Of a stretch of 44,295 bases of DNA, positions 1 to 9,425 are shown in pieces. Under the pieces are notes generated by a model. The model saw only the letters and a list, made by a program, of their open reading frames with translations. It searched no databases and was not told the DNA's origin. Every line of letters begins with the position of its first letter. Within the stretch, counting starts at the first letter, position 1. This DNA is from Escherichia phage GeorgBuechner. The position numbers were made by a program, and so were the translations under genes. The stretch is taken from the sequence record MZ501070; one strand, 5' to 3'.

Positions 1-552
1 ATGGCAGAAATTAAAGTTAAGGGCCGACGCGCCAAACTGGACGGACGAGTGGCAGTAACCCCGCGCCGTAAACCAGGCGAGCAAACCGAGCATACCAATC
101 TCGGACCTGAAATCGAGTACGGAAAGCGCCGTAAAGGCGGCAAATGTGGACGCCCTACTGACTACCGATCCGTTTACTGCGACCAGCTTCGCCGCTATTT
201 TGCCGACGCCGACGCCTGGCAGGTAAACTACTCTGATAAAGGCGCTGCGCAAGTAATCCCCCGCAACAAAATGCCAACCTTCGGTCGATTTGCCGCGGAA
301 ATCGGCGTGGGCGTAGCTTGCCTGTATCGCTGGGCGCGTGCGCATGAGGAGTTCGCTGAGGCGATGGCGGACGCAATGGAGTTACAAAAAACCTTCCTGA
401 TGGAAGCTGGCGGCGTGACCATCGCGGCGGGCTTCGCTACCTTCCTGCTTAAAGCTAACCACGGCGTCAGGGACGATGTACCGCTGGATGACGACGAAGA
501 TGATAACGGCGACGTCGTTGTGGAACCTACCGGCAAAGGCCAGGGTGATTAA
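1..552 (+). CDS. terS: Terminase small subunit (putative); ATG at window position 1, true start may lie upstream
   Basis: 183 aa ORF immediately upstream of and overlapping (ATGA-type) the large terminase; HTH-like segment FGRFAAEIGVGVACLYRWA; acidic C-terminus; position in packaging module. Confidence 0.6.
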   Translation: MAEIKVKGRRAKLDGRVAVTPRRKPGEQTEHTNLGPEIEYGKRRKGGKCGRPTDYRSVYCDQLRRYFADADAWQVNYSDKGAAQVIPRNKMPTFGRFAAEIGVGVACLYRWARAHEEFAEAMADAMELQKTFLMEAGGVTIAAGFATFLLKANHGVRDDVPLDDDEDDNGDVVVEPTGKGQGD

Positions 553-1937
553 TGCGTAACTATGCGGCAGAACATCGTGCCCTTGAACGAGCGATCGCAA
601 AGCGAAACCGACCGCCGCGCCCGACACGCGTTGCGCAGGCCGTCCGCCTTTACCAGCCTGATTGCTTGCCGCACCAGGTTGAACTACTGCGTGACACGAA
701 GACTAAAATCCTCGGCCTGTGTTCCGGCTTCGGCGGCGGTAAGTCATGGGTCGCGGCGAGAAAGGTCATCCAGCTTTTAACACTAAACCCCGGTCATGAT
801 GGCATCGTAACAGAACCGACGATTCCCCTCCTGGTTAAAATCATGTATCCGGAATTGGAAAAGGCATTCGACGAGGCGGGCTTCCGGTGGAAGTTCAATA
901 AGCAGGACAAGATCTATAACGTGCTTGTGAAAGGCAAATGGACCCGCGTTATCTGTGAGTCAATGGAGAACTATACCCGCCTGATCGGGGTTAATGCCGC
1001 GTGGATTGTTGCCGACGAGTTCGATACCACGAAGCAAGACGTCGCGCTGGCGGCATATCACAAATTGCTCGGTCGTCTGCGTGCTGGCTTCGTCCGCCAG
1101 TTCGTCATCGTGTCAACGCCTGAAGGCTACCGGGCGATGTACCAAATTTTCGAGGTGGAGAAGGATAGCCAGAAGCGTTTGATCCGGGCGAAGACCACCG
1201 ATAACCACCACTTACCGGCAGACTTTATCGACACGCTGCGCAGCCAATACCCGGCTAACCTGATTGATGCGTACCTAAACGGCCTGTTTGTCAACCTTAC
1301 GTCTGGCGCAGTATACAAGATGTTCAACCGTGAGGAGAACGCCAGCACCGAAGAAGTGCAGCCCGAAGACACGCTGATTATCGGTATGGACTTTAACGTC
1401 ACGAAAATGGCGGCGGTTGTGTATGTCAGACGGCAGCGTATCTCCGAGAACAAGGAGTTCCGCGACGAGATCCACGCAGTGGATGAGTTTGTGGACCTGT
1501 TTGATACCCCAGCTATGATTGAGGCGATCGAGGAGCGATACCCCGATCATTGTGCCGCCGGTCGGGTTGTCGTTTACCCGGATAGCAGTGGTAAGTCTCG
1601 TAAGACTGTTAACGCATCGTCGTCCGATATCGCGCAACTGGAAGACGCGGGCTTCGAGGTGGAATACGACAGCGTTAACCCGCCTGTGAAAGACCGATTG
1701 ATCGCGATGAATACGATGATGTGCAACTCGAAGGGCGTGCGCCAGTATTTTGTCAACCTGGATAAATGCCCTACACTAGCGAAATGCCTGGAACAGCAGG
1801 TTTACGACCTGAAGAAAGGCGAGCCGGATAAAACCGCTGGGGTGGACCACATGAACGATGCCGCGGGCTATCCAATTGCGCACCTGTTCCCAGTGATTCG
1901 TCCGATCGCCGTTGTTCCAACTGTAGACTTCTACTAA
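552..1937 (+). CDS. terL: Terminase large subunit
   Basis: 461 aa; Walker A-like GLCSGFGGGKS near N-terminus; acidic ATPase motif IVADEFD; followed directly by portal gene. Confidence 0.9.
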   Translation: MRNYAAEHRALERAIAKRNRPPRPTRVAQAVRLYQPDCLPHQVELLRDTKTKILGLCSGFGGGKSWVAARKVIQLLTLNPGHDGIVTEPTIPLLVKIMYPELEKAFDEAGFRWKFNKQDKIYNVLVKGKWTRVICESMENYTRLIGVNAAWIVADEFDTTKQDVALAAYHKLLGRLRAGFVRQFVIVSTPEGYRAMYQIFEVEKDSQKRLIRAKTTDNHHLPADFIDTLRSQYPANLIDAYLNGLFVNLTSGAVYKMFNREENASTEEVQPEDTLIIGMDFNVTKMAAVVYVRRQRISENKEFRDEIHAVDEFVDLFDTPAMIEAIEERYPDHCAAGRVVVYPDSSGKSRKTVNASSSDIAQLEDAGFEVEYDSVNPPVKDRLIAMNTMMCNSKGVRQYFVNLDKCPTLAKCLEQQVYDLKKGEPDKTAGVDHMNDAAGYPIAHLFPVIRPIAVVPTVDFY

Positions 1938-1948
1938 GGAAAACGACC

Positions 1949-3469
1949 ATGACCGTTAACGTTGACAACCAGCACCCGCTCTATGCGCGCATCGCGCCAG
2001 AGTGGAAAATGATCCGTGATTGTGTGGCAGGGGAGCGCGCCGTGAAGGCGTGCGGTCCTTTGTACCTGCCACACCCAGCCAGTGGCGACAACACTGACCC
2101 GAAAGCACGGGCGCGGTATAAGGCGTACAAGCAACGCGCTGTATTCCTGAACGCCACCGCCCGCACACTTAACGCACTGTTAGGCGTTGCCTTTGCTAAA
2201 CCGGTAAGTCTGGACCTTTCTGGGGCGATGGCTGACCTGATTGACGACGTAGACGGTAGCGGTATGCCGCTGCCGCAACTCCTGCGCGGTGCTATGTCGG
2301 AAGTGCTGCAATCTGGCCGCGCGGGCTTTATGGTTGACTACGACCGCCAGGCGCATTTTGACGAACTGGGTAACGTAGTGCCGCAGACCGCCGCTGAAAT
2401 GGCGGCGCACCGCCCGCTTATCCGCCTGTACACGGCAGAACAGATCATCAATTGGCGGCAAACCCACGGGGTCGATACGCTAATTGTGCTGAAGGAAACG
2501 GACGAAATCAGCACTGAAGACCCGGACGACTTCGCAAACCACGAAGTAACAATCTGGACCGAGCTTCGCATGATTAACGGTGCGGCACACGCCCGCCGCT
2601 GGTTTTATAACGCTGACACGTCCGAGGTGCAAATGGACTTGCCGCGTGGATTTACCCGCACCGACCTTGTGCCGCTGGTGGATGCCGCCGGTAAAGCGCT
2701 GACACAGCTTCCGTTTTGCTGGTGTGGCGCGGTGGACAACAACGCAACGCCTGACGCCGCCCCGCTGGCGGATATCGCATCCATCAACATTAAGCACTAC
2801 AACGCCGAAGCGGACGTCGCCGAGATTGCGCACATCGTGGGTCAACCTACCCTGGTGGCAATGGGCTTGACTCAATCATGGGCAGACAAGAACCTGAAGG
2901 GCGGCATTGCCCTCGGTGCAACTAAGGGCGTCATTCTGGGTCAGAACATGGACGCTAAACTGATTCAGGCCGAGGAGCGCAACTTGTCTGTTGCACTGTG
3001 TGAGCGCCGCGAATTGCAAATGGCTAAACTGGGCGCGGCCCTGGTCGAGAAGGGGACCGCACCTAAGACGGCAACCGAGGCGGCCTATGATGCGCAGACT
3101 GATAACAGTATCCTGTCGCTTATTGCCGGTAACGTTGAGAAGGCTTTCAACCGTGCGCTGCAAATCGTCCAGCTATTCACGGGTGACACCGCCGACCAGC
3201 GTGTGACGCTGAATAAGTTCTACACCGAGATCACGGTTGATGCGCAGCTTATGACCGCGATGATGTCTGGTGTGCAGACTGGTACGGTCCGCCTGGCTGA
3301 TTTCATCAAGTGGATGATGGCGCAGGGCGTTATCGACGACTCGCAAACCGTCGAGCAGGTGGAAGACGAATTGCGAAATCAGAATCCATTGCCTCAAATG
3401 TCCCCTGATGCGGTAGAATCTACCGAAGAAGACCCGGACAAGGTAGCGGACAATGGCGAAGACAATTAA
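1949..3469 (+). CDS. Portal protein
   Basis: 506 aa ORF between terminase and head morphogenesis gene; RBS AAGGAAAA upstream; acidic C-terminal tail typical of portals. Confidence 0.8.
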   Translation: MTVNVDNQHPLYARIAPEWKMIRDCVAGERAVKACGPLYLPHPASGDNTDPKARARYKAYKQRAVFLNATARTLNALLGVAFAKPVSLDLSGAMADLIDDVDGSGMPLPQLLRGAMSEVLQSGRAGFMVDYDRQAHFDELGNVVPQTAAEMAAHRPLIRLYTAEQIINWRQTHGVDTLIVLKETDEISTEDPDDFANHEVTIWTELRMINGAAHARRWFYNADTSEVQMDLPRGFTRTDLVPLVDAAGKALTQLPFCWCGAVDNNATPDAAPLADIASINIKHYNAEADVAEIAHIVGQPTLVAMGLTQSWADKNLKGGIALGATKGVILGQNMDAKLIQAEERNLSVALCERRELQMAKLGAALVEKGTAPKTATEAAYDAQTDNSILSLIAGNVEKAFNRALQIVQLFTGDTADQRVTLNKFYTEITVDAQLMTAMMSGVQTGTVRLADFIKWMMAQGVIDDSQTVEQVEDELRNQNPLPQMSPDAVESTEEDPDKVADNGEDN

Positions 3470-4556
3470 TCAACATTTGGCGGATCGAATGATTCGCCGT
3501 CACATCTTCACCCAGCGCCTGAGCAATGACCAGGCGCGGAGGGTGCTGGCTATGTGGGAGAAGTTCCGGCCCACATTACTGGGTAAGCTGACCGAGTTAC
3601 TTGATGGCAAAAAGTCCATGAACAACAAGGCACTTACCACACTGTTAACGCAACTCGACAAGACCGTAAAAACGGAACTGCGCGCCGAGTTTAAAGTGCT
3701 GGCGGAGAGCCTGCAGGAGTTCGCCGACACCGAGGCTGATTATCTCGCTGACACACTAACGGCAGCGATCCAGCCCGCTGTCGCCGTACCCGCTGTTGAA
3801 GTAGTTGGCGTTGTTACCGGCGCGCAGATTGCAGCGACGGCAATGAAAAACCCGTTCCAGGGTAATACTATGATGCAATGGCCTGATTCCCTTTCCGAGT
3901 GGACCAGGACGCAGATCGGCAATCAGGTGCGCGCCGGATTCATCCAGGGCAAGCCAACGATGGAAATTATCGCGGACGTGAGGCGCGCGCTCGGCGGGCG
4001 TAGTGCGCAAGCAATCGCAAGCGTTGTTAAGTCCGCGGTCAACCACTATGCGGCGACCGCCCGCGAATTAATGGTAAAAGCTAATGACGATATTCTCGAA
4101 GGTCGCCAATGGTTGGCTACATTGGACACTCATACTTCCCCTATGTGCCAGCTACGCGATCGCCTGTTTTATCCTGTTGACGTCACTCCCGACACCAAAG
4201 GCAAGCGCGGCGGGAAAGTGGTGGCGGGATCACAATATGGCGCTGGTCCGGGCAAGCTGCATTATTGCTGCCGTTCGACGGAGACGTGGAAAGTCAAAGG
4301 TATGGAAGATTGGCCCAGTGGTAAGCGTCCGGCACTGAAGGCTGACGCGGGCCGATTGCTTAGTGAGCAGGTCGACGCGCAAACTGATTTCTTCTCATGG
4401 GTGCAGCGCCAGCCGCGCCATATTCTGGAGGAATTATATGGGGTGCAGCGCGCCGATCAGATTATGCGCGGCGTGAAAGTGCCGAAGATGTTCACCGATA
4501 CTGGCGAACTAATGACTATTGCGCAGCTTAAAAACCGGGGGCTATGGCGTGATTAA
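3453..4556 (+). CDS. Head morphogenesis protein (Mu F / SPP1 gp7-like)
   Basis: 367 aa; contains ATLDTHTSPMCQLRD resembling the conserved Mu-F domain core; overlaps portal stop. Confidence 0.8.
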   Translation: MAKTINQHLADRMIRRHIFTQRLSNDQARRVLAMWEKFRPTLLGKLTELLDGKKSMNNKALTTLLTQLDKTVKTELRAEFKVLAESLQEFADTEADYLADTLTAAIQPAVAVPAVEVVGVVTGAQIAATAMKNPFQGNTMMQWPDSLSEWTRTQIGNQVRAGFIQGKPTMEIIADVRRALGGRSAQAIASVVKSAVNHYAATARELMVKANDDILEGRQWLATLDTHTSPMCQLRDRLFYPVDVTPDTKGKRGGKVVAGSQYGAGPGKLHYCCRSTETWKVKGMEDWPSGKRPALKADAGRLLSEQVDAQTDFFSWVQRQPRHILEELYGVQRADQIMRGVKVPKMFTDTGELMTIAQLKNRGLWRD

Positions 4557-4857
4557 GTATGCAGCGATTGGGTTGGTAATAGGTCTGGCGGTTGGATTCT
4601 GGCAGGGTGACTCCTACCGCACTGGCGTTGAGGCGAGAGCGGCGCAAGAAGCGCAAGCGAAAGCCCAACGGCAGCAAACTAAGGTTGTCGAGGGGGCCGT
4701 GCAGGCAGAACAGGCCCGCGACGTGGAATACCGGACTATCACGAAAGAGGTTGTAAAATATGTTACGCGTCCTAACCGTCCTGATTGCCGTTTTGATGAT
4801 GAGCGCGTGCGGATCAAGCAACGTGCCATCGACGCCGCTAACCGAGTCGGTTTATAG
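4519..4857 (+). CDS. i-spanin (Rz-like) candidate; start could be ATG 4519 or GTG 4549
   Basis: N-terminal TM segment IKYAAIGLVIGLAVGFW followed by Q/A/E-rich predicted coiled coil and C-terminal Cys; contains an embedded +1-frame lipoprotein ORF. Confidence 0.55.
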   Translation: MRSLKTGGYGVIKYAAIGLVIGLAVGFWQGDSYRTGVEARAAQEAQAKAQRQQTKVVEGAVQAEQARDVEYRTITKEVVKYVTRPNRPDCRFDDERVRIKQRAIDAANRVGL

Positions 4858-4990
4858 ACCTCCTTGCACCTTTGAGAATGCCTCGGCGGACCCAGACGAA
4901 GACTTGCTGGTTGATATTAAAAATATGGAGTGTGGTGCGAAGCTGAGGGCGCAAGTGCTGGATTTGCAGAAAATAATTCGGGGGCCGTGA
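4760..4990 (+). CDS. o-spanin (Rz1-like outer membrane lipoprotein) candidate, starts inside the i-spanin ORF in the +1 frame
   Basis: Signal peptide MLRVLTVLIAVLMMSAC with lipobox-like MSAC; +2 residue Gly; short Pro-containing mature part with Cys; stop lies in a terminator hairpin. Confidence 0.55.
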   Translation: MLRVLTVLIAVLMMSACGSSNVPSTPLTESVYRPPCTFENASADPDEDLLVDIKNMECGAKLRAQVLDLQKIIRGP

Positions 4991-5003
4991 TGGCCCCTTT
5001 TCG
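4980..5003. terminator. Stem-loop terminator between late head operon segment and the convergent minus-strand gene
   Basis: GGGGGCC-gtgat-GGCCCC followed by TTTTCGTT on plus strand. Confidence 0.55.
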
Positions 5004-5768
5004 TTAGCGCGGAATACCGCAAATCTCGTTTAGTGTTTTCACGTCCAGCGCCACCGCCGTGGACTTCGGCTTGTCCGGGTAAGGAATGAACTGTTCCACT
5101 TCAGGCCACGCCTTGATCAGCTTCTTATCGGTATTGTGCATATCCAGCACGCCGGTAACAGTTAGTTTGAACGCGTCATACTTAGCACGCAACTCACGGC
5201 GGGCCTTGTCGTTACGGTCCAGGCGCTTACAGAAATCATGGTCCGCCGGGTAGTCTATACGACCGCGTGGTATATAGATCGGCAGCGCTTTCCCGTCGTC
5301 GTCGACTTCGCACACTGACGCTAACAAAATTTCCTCATACCCTGGCACAATATCGCCGAGATCGGGAGACAGTTTATTCATGTATTTATACTCCCAGTAT
5401 CCGCGATGTACTCGGAATCGGTGTCCGTCTCCGCTCAATGACACGGTACGGACGTTTCCACCTGCGTTGATTTCGAAAGTGGCGTCGTAAACGCTGCCTA
5501 TACCATATGGGTTGTCGGCGTCATGTCTATACGTCGCCTTATTGGTGTACACACAGACGCCGTACATCTTCGACGGGTCATCGCCGATTTCTTCAATGCG
5601 CTCACGTAGCTCGGCGAACGTATGAATGCCTTCCGGCATACAGTCCAGCGTAATGGCGTACGCCAGATTTCGAGAGTCCATCATGATTGATTTGGCTTCG
5701 GTCGCGATTTCGTGGTCGCGCAGGATGTTAGCCAGAATCTGGTTTTTAATGTCTTTTGTCAGTCTCAT
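5004..5768 (-). CDS. Hypothetical protein encoded in reverse orientation inside the head gene cluster (moron-like accessory gene)
   Basis: 254 aa from ATG at 5766-5768 (MRLTKDIKNQ...) with SD ACGAGGA; the longer track ORF 5004..6215 is a low-complexity N-terminal extension overlapping the scaffold gene and is rejected; no recognisable motifs. Confidence 0.6.
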   Translation of the reverse strand: MRLTKDIKNQILANILRDHEIATEAKSIMMDSRNLAYAITLDCMPEGIHTFAELRERIEEIGDDPSKMYGVCVYTNKATYRHDADNPYGIGSVYDATFEINAGGNVRTVSLSGDGHRFRVHRGYWEYKYMNKLSPDLGDIVPGYEEILLASVCEVDDDGKALPIYIPRGRIDYPADHDFCKRLDRNDKARRELRAKYDAFKLTVTGVLDMHNTDKKLIKAWPEVEQFIPYPDKPKSTAVALDVKTLNEICGIPR

Positions 5769-5790
5769 TTTTGTGTCCTCGTTGTTGGTG

Positions 5791-5813
5791 TGCAACCAAT
5801 ATATGCAACCAAT
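5791..5813. promoter_or_regulatory. Tandem pair of TGCAACCAAT motifs in divergent intergenic region
   Basis: TGCAACCAAT at 5791-5800 and 5804-5813; on the minus strand reads ATTGGTTGCA x2 directly upstream of the SD of gene 5004..5768. Confidence 0.5.
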
Positions 5814-5916
5814 ACGAGGATTGCAAGCGAATTTTGCGATTATTTTTATCGCTGATAATATTAGAAGCGTGAAGTCGAGCGGGTGGCCCGCTCTGCCACA
5901 ATCCCAGGGGGATAGC

Positions 5917-6621
5917 ATGAAACTTACTAAAGCAGAATATGACGCGTTGCCGGAAGGTATGAAGGCGCTTTTTGTTGCCGATGGCGACGGGTATAAATCA
6001 ACGTTCATGACCGCAGAAGAAGTACAGGCGGAGATCAAGGGTCTGAAAGACAACAACGCGAAGCTGGTGAGCGAGAAGAAAGCAGAAGCTGAACGCCGCG
6101 CCGAAGCAGAGCGCCTTGCGAAAGAGAAAGAGGAAGCCGCCGCGCGCAAAAATGGCGACCTCGAAGCGATCGATAAGTCCTGGAAAGATAAGTTTGCGAA
6201 ACACGAAGCAGACACATCGGGAAAAATCGAAGCCTACCGCAAGCAGATCCACGATCTCACCATCGGCAGCGCTGCCAAAGACCTGGCATCGAAGCTGTTC
6301 GGTAAGAATGCGGGAATCATGCAACGTCACGTTATGGACCGCCTCACTCTGGAGGACGGCGAAGACGGCAGCTTGAAAGTGCGTGTATTGCAGGATGGCA
6401 AACCATCCGCGCTGACTATGGAAGAGCTTGAAAAAGAGTTCCGTAATAACGCCGATTTTGCATCCGTCCTGGCTGGCACGCCAGCCGGTGGCGCGCCTAG
6501 CAAACCGACGCAGGTTGTCGAAGATGTGAAGTCGAAAATCACTATGGGCCACAGCTTCGGTATCACTGACCTTACGAAACAGGCAGGTGAAATCATCGCG
6601 AAGATGGGCGACGACGAGTAA
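5917..6621 (+). CDS. Head scaffolding protein (putative)
   Basis: 234 aa, strongly charged and coiled-coil-like (AEAERRAEAERLAKEKEEAAARK), directly upstream of major capsid gene; SD AGGGGGA before ATG 5917; an in-frame upstream ATG at 5803 lies inside the motif and is not preferred. Confidence 0.6.
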   Translation: MKLTKAEYDALPEGMKALFVADGDGYKSTFMTAEEVQAEIKGLKDNNAKLVSEKKAEAERRAEAERLAKEKEEAAARKNGDLEAIDKSWKDKFAKHEADTSGKIEAYRKQIHDLTIGSAAKDLASKLFGKNAGIMQRHVMDRLTLEDGEDGSLKVRVLQDGKPSALTMEELEKEFRNNADFASVLAGTPAGGAPSKPTQVVEDVKSKITMGHSFGITDLTKQAGEIIAKMGDDE

Positions 6622-6718
6622 GCAGATTGCCCGCTTTCGCGGGCAATTTTGCGAGCGCGTAAATCTAAGGTAACATTAACGTCACTGGGCGAATGCTCAC
6701 AACTCAAAGGATTTCGAT

Positions 6719-7813
6719 ATGTCTTTAACAGTGTTCCAGCGTAAACTCGTTACCGCGGTTACGCAAATGATCCCCGACAACCTGAACGTTTTCAACGCCG
6801 CCGCCAATGGCGCTGTTGTTCTCGGTACTGGTGAAGTGCTGAAGGACGTTATTGAGAAAATGTCCGTAGGCTTGATCGCCAACCTCGTTACCGACCGTAA
6901 CGCCTACGCCCCCGTCGGCACTCCGGCGACCGCGAAAGTGCTGGCGCGTATGCTAACCAACTCGGTTAACCTTTCCGCAAAAGTGGGTCCGGTAGCAATC
7001 ACTAAGGCTATGATGGCTAAGATCGAAACCAACGTTAACAGCGTTGCGGCTGAGATTGCGGCACAGGCTACTCAAGCGATTATGCTGCACTACCTGAAAG
7101 CTGGTATCGGCGCAAGTAAAGCGGCGATCGAAAGCAACGCAGCGGCAAAATACACCCAACCGGCGCGCGTTGACGGCGTTGGCGGTCGTACCTTCCCGAC
7201 CCTGGCAGACTTCCCGCTGGCGGCTTCTAAGTTCGGCGATCAGGCGTCTTTGATTAAGTCCTGGTTTATGGACGGCGTTACCTGGGCAAACTTCATTGCG
7301 TACCAGGCACTCCCTTCCGCTGAACAGGTATTCGCAATTGGCGATCTCCAGGTAATGGGTGATGGCCTGGGCCGTCGCTTCATTATCTCCGATGCCGCTG
7401 CCGATGCTATGGGCGCGGGTAACATGCTGGGTCTGGTCCCTGGCGCGGTTGCAGTTACCACCAACGGCCTCGATATGCTGGCGCAGGAGAAAGGCGGTAA
7501 CGAGAACATCGAACGCTGGTGGCAGGGCGAGTTCGACTTCAACGTGGCTGTTAAAGGCTACCGTCTGAAGGCGTCCGCTCGTACCCCGATCGAAGGTGTG
7601 CGCTCGTTCAAACTGGACGATATTACCACTTCCGCTAACTGGGAACTGGACCAGGGCCAGGTAGACAACGCACCGGCAACCGTTCAGGATGTTGGCGGCG
7701 ATAGCGATACTAAAGGCCGTCGTAAGACCCAGGCCGCACAGGCAGTGCCTACCCGTCACATCAAGGAAACCGCTGGCGTACTGGTTACGCTGACTGCGAC
7801 CACCGCGTCTTAA
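6719..7813 (+). CDS. Major capsid protein
   Basis: 364 aa ORF after scaffold, followed by strong terminator; position and size typical of a major capsid protein. Confidence 0.75.
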   Translation: MSLTVFQRKLVTAVTQMIPDNLNVFNAAANGAVVLGTGEVLKDVIEKMSVGLIANLVTDRNAYAPVGTPATAKVLARMLTNSVNLSAKVGPVAITKAMMAKIETNVNSVAAEIAAQATQAIMLHYLKAGIGASKAAIESNAAAKYTQPARVDGVGGRTFPTLADFPLAASKFGDQASLIKSWFMDGVTWANFIAYQALPSAEQVFAIGDLQVMGDGLGRRFIISDAAADAMGAGNMLGLVPGAVAVTTNGLDMLAQEKGGNENIERWWQGEFDFNVAVKGYRLKASARTPIEGVRSFKLDDITTSANWELDQGQVDNAPATVQDVGGDSDTKGRRKTQAAQAVPTRHIKETAGVLVTLTATTAS

Positions 7814-7831
7814 TCGACGCACATCCCAAAT

Positions 7832-7857
7832 GGGCGGGCTTATGCCCGCCTTTTTTA
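7832..7857 (+). terminator. Rho-independent terminator after major capsid gene
   Basis: GGCGGGC-ttat-GCCCGCC followed by TTTTTT. Confidence 0.7.
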
Positions 7858-7871
7858 TAGGAGTGAATCTA

Positions 7872-8372
7872 ATGTATGGCGACCCGCAAACCTTTGTCGA
7901 TTATGCCGCCGCGCGAGGCGTTGAAGTCACGTTGGGAGATGCAACGCGACACCTTACCATCGTCAATGACTTCCTTAACGGCATCAACTGGATCGGCGAA
8001 CAGGCGGATCAGACTGGAGTAGACGCATGGCCCCGCATCAATTACCCATCGGACGGGAAACCGGTGCGCGACACGCTAACCGAAGTCGTGGAGGTAGTGC
8101 CTGTCGGGCAAATCGTAGACTTTGCATCAACCCCAGCTGCCGTTGAGCAAGCTGTTTACCGGCTGGCGCTGTTGGTGGCGGACGAGATCGATATTTCTCC
8201 GGTCGGCGATGGTAAAGAGACTATCCGCGAAACGGTCGGCCCGATCACGATGGAATATGACCCGGCGTCGATTGGTAGCGGGGTGTCGTTCCCGTGGTGG
8301 GATGGCTTGTTAGGGCACTGGGTTGATTCTGGCGGCAACGCCGCAGGCAATTTCGACGTATTCAGGGGGTAA
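7872..8372 (+). CDS. Hypothetical structural protein (head-tail joining region)
   Basis: 166 aa from ATG 7872 (MYGDPQTF) with SD GGAG; the track start at 7830 overlaps the terminator; first gene after capsid terminator. Confidence 0.45.
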   Translation: MYGDPQTFVDYAAARGVEVTLGDATRHLTIVNDFLNGINWIGEQADQTGVDAWPRINYPSDGKPVRDTLTEVVEVVPVGQIVDFASTPAAVEQAVYRLALLVADEIDISPVGDGKETIRETVGPITMEYDPASIGSGVSFPWWDGLLGHWVDSGGNAAGNFDVFRG

Positions 8373-8373
8373 T

Positions 8374-8490
8374 ATGAATCCTGCATTACTCGCGGCGATA
8401 ATCGCCGCCAACGCTAAACGGCAGCCAGAACAACCGGAGCCAGAACCAGTACCACCGGCACAGGAGAGTGAAGAAGATGGCGGGCTTTAA
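8374..8490 (+). CDS. Possible small ORF (38 aa), not in the ORF track
   Basis: ATG 8374 preceded by AGGGGG SD; Ala-rich N-terminal half, Pro/Glu-rich C-terminal half; overlaps start of next gene. Confidence 0.25.
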   Translation: MNPALLAAIIAANAKRQPEQPEPEPVPPAQESEEDGGL

Positions 8491-8830
8491 TTACGCAGGA
8501 TTAAAGCGGAAAGTGAATCCGCTGATTAAAAAATTCGGCATGACCGTTAAGGTTACGCGTCCGGGATCGGTTGACCGTGTAGACGGCGACGAAGTGGTAA
8601 TCCCGCCAACGTCGTTTGACGTCATCGGTCTTCGCGAGGAGTACAAGCCTAGCGAGATCGACGGAACGAGGATCGTTGCCGGTGATGTGAAGTTTTTATG
8701 TCGGGCGGTTGAGCAATTGCGGGTGGGCGACCTGGTTAACCTGAACGGCACTGACTACCGGGTCGTCAACCCTAACCCACTACAACCGGCTGGCACTACC
8801 ATGCTGTTTCAACTACAGCTAAGGGGCTAA
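8477..8830 (+). CDS. Putative head-tail adaptor/connector protein
   Basis: 117 aa from ATG 8477 with SD AGGAGAG (track starts at GTG 8468); position between capsid and tail genes. Confidence 0.4.
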   Translation: MAGFNYAGLKRKVNPLIKKFGMTVKVTRPGSVDRVDGDEVVIPPTSFDVIGLREEYKPSEIDGTRIVAGDVKFLCRAVEQLRVGDLVNLNGTDYRVVNPNPLQPAGTTMLFQLQLRG

Positions 8831-8831
8831 C

Positions 8832-9425
8832 GTGGCTGAAGTCTACTCATTCGCCGCCACTATTGCTACGTGGGTGGATAAGACGAAGGAGAACAACGAT
8901 AAGGCGGTGCGGGCGTACGGGATGCAAATACTCGGACGCCTTATTGAGATCTCCCCGGTGGGCGACCCTCGCCGGTGGAAGATTAACAAGGCTTATGCAA
9001 TGGCCCGCCAGCACGCGAACAAGGTGAACGCAGCACAGCGCCGCAAGAATGGCGGCAAACTGAAGCGCGGGCAGAAGAAGCACGCCAGTGTGCTCGTCTC
9101 ATTCAAAACTAAAAATGGCAACGTCACGTTCCGCCAGCGTGGCTGGGCCGCGAAGAATTACACCGGCGGACGCTTCCGGGGAAACTGGCAGGTGACGTTC
9201 GACCGCCCTGCTGTCGGCGCTATTGACCGCGTGGACAAGGCCGGAACGGCAACATTAGCCGCGGGGCGTGAAGTGCTGGCGCATTACGATTCCGGTGAAT
9301 ACGGGTCGATCTGGTTTACTAACAATGTACCGTATGCCCAGCGACTGGAATATGGCTGGAGTAAACAAGCGCCGTCGGGGATTGTTCGCGTCGTAGCGGC
9401 AGAAATTAATTCGAAGGTGAAATAA
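8832..9425 (+). CDS. Putative neck / head closure protein
   Basis: 197 aa, GTG start with SD AAGGGG; gene order in head-tail joining block. Confidence 0.4.
   Translation: MAEVYSFAATIATWVDKTKENNDKAVRAYGMQILGRLIEISPVGDPRRWKINKAYAMARQHANKVNAAQRRKNGGKLKRGQKKHASVLVSFKTKNGNVTFRQRGWAAKNYTGGRFRGNWQVTFDRPAVGAIDRVDKAGTATLAAGREVLAHYDSGEYGSIWFTNNVPYAQRLEYGWSKQAPSGIVRVVAAEINSKVK

Noticed and set aside
5004-6215. Full 403 aa minus-strand track ORF
   Set aside because: The N-terminal 149 residues are low-complexity Ser/Ala/Phe-rich antisense to the scaffold gene; an internal ATG at 5766-5768 has a proper SD, so only 5004..5768 is called.
5626-6621. 331 aa plus-strand track ORF as scaffold start
   Set aside because: The upstream part overlaps the minus-strand gene and the motif region; ATG 5917 has a strong SD and gives a typical scaffold size. 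An in-frame ATG at 5803 inside the motif is noted but not preferred.
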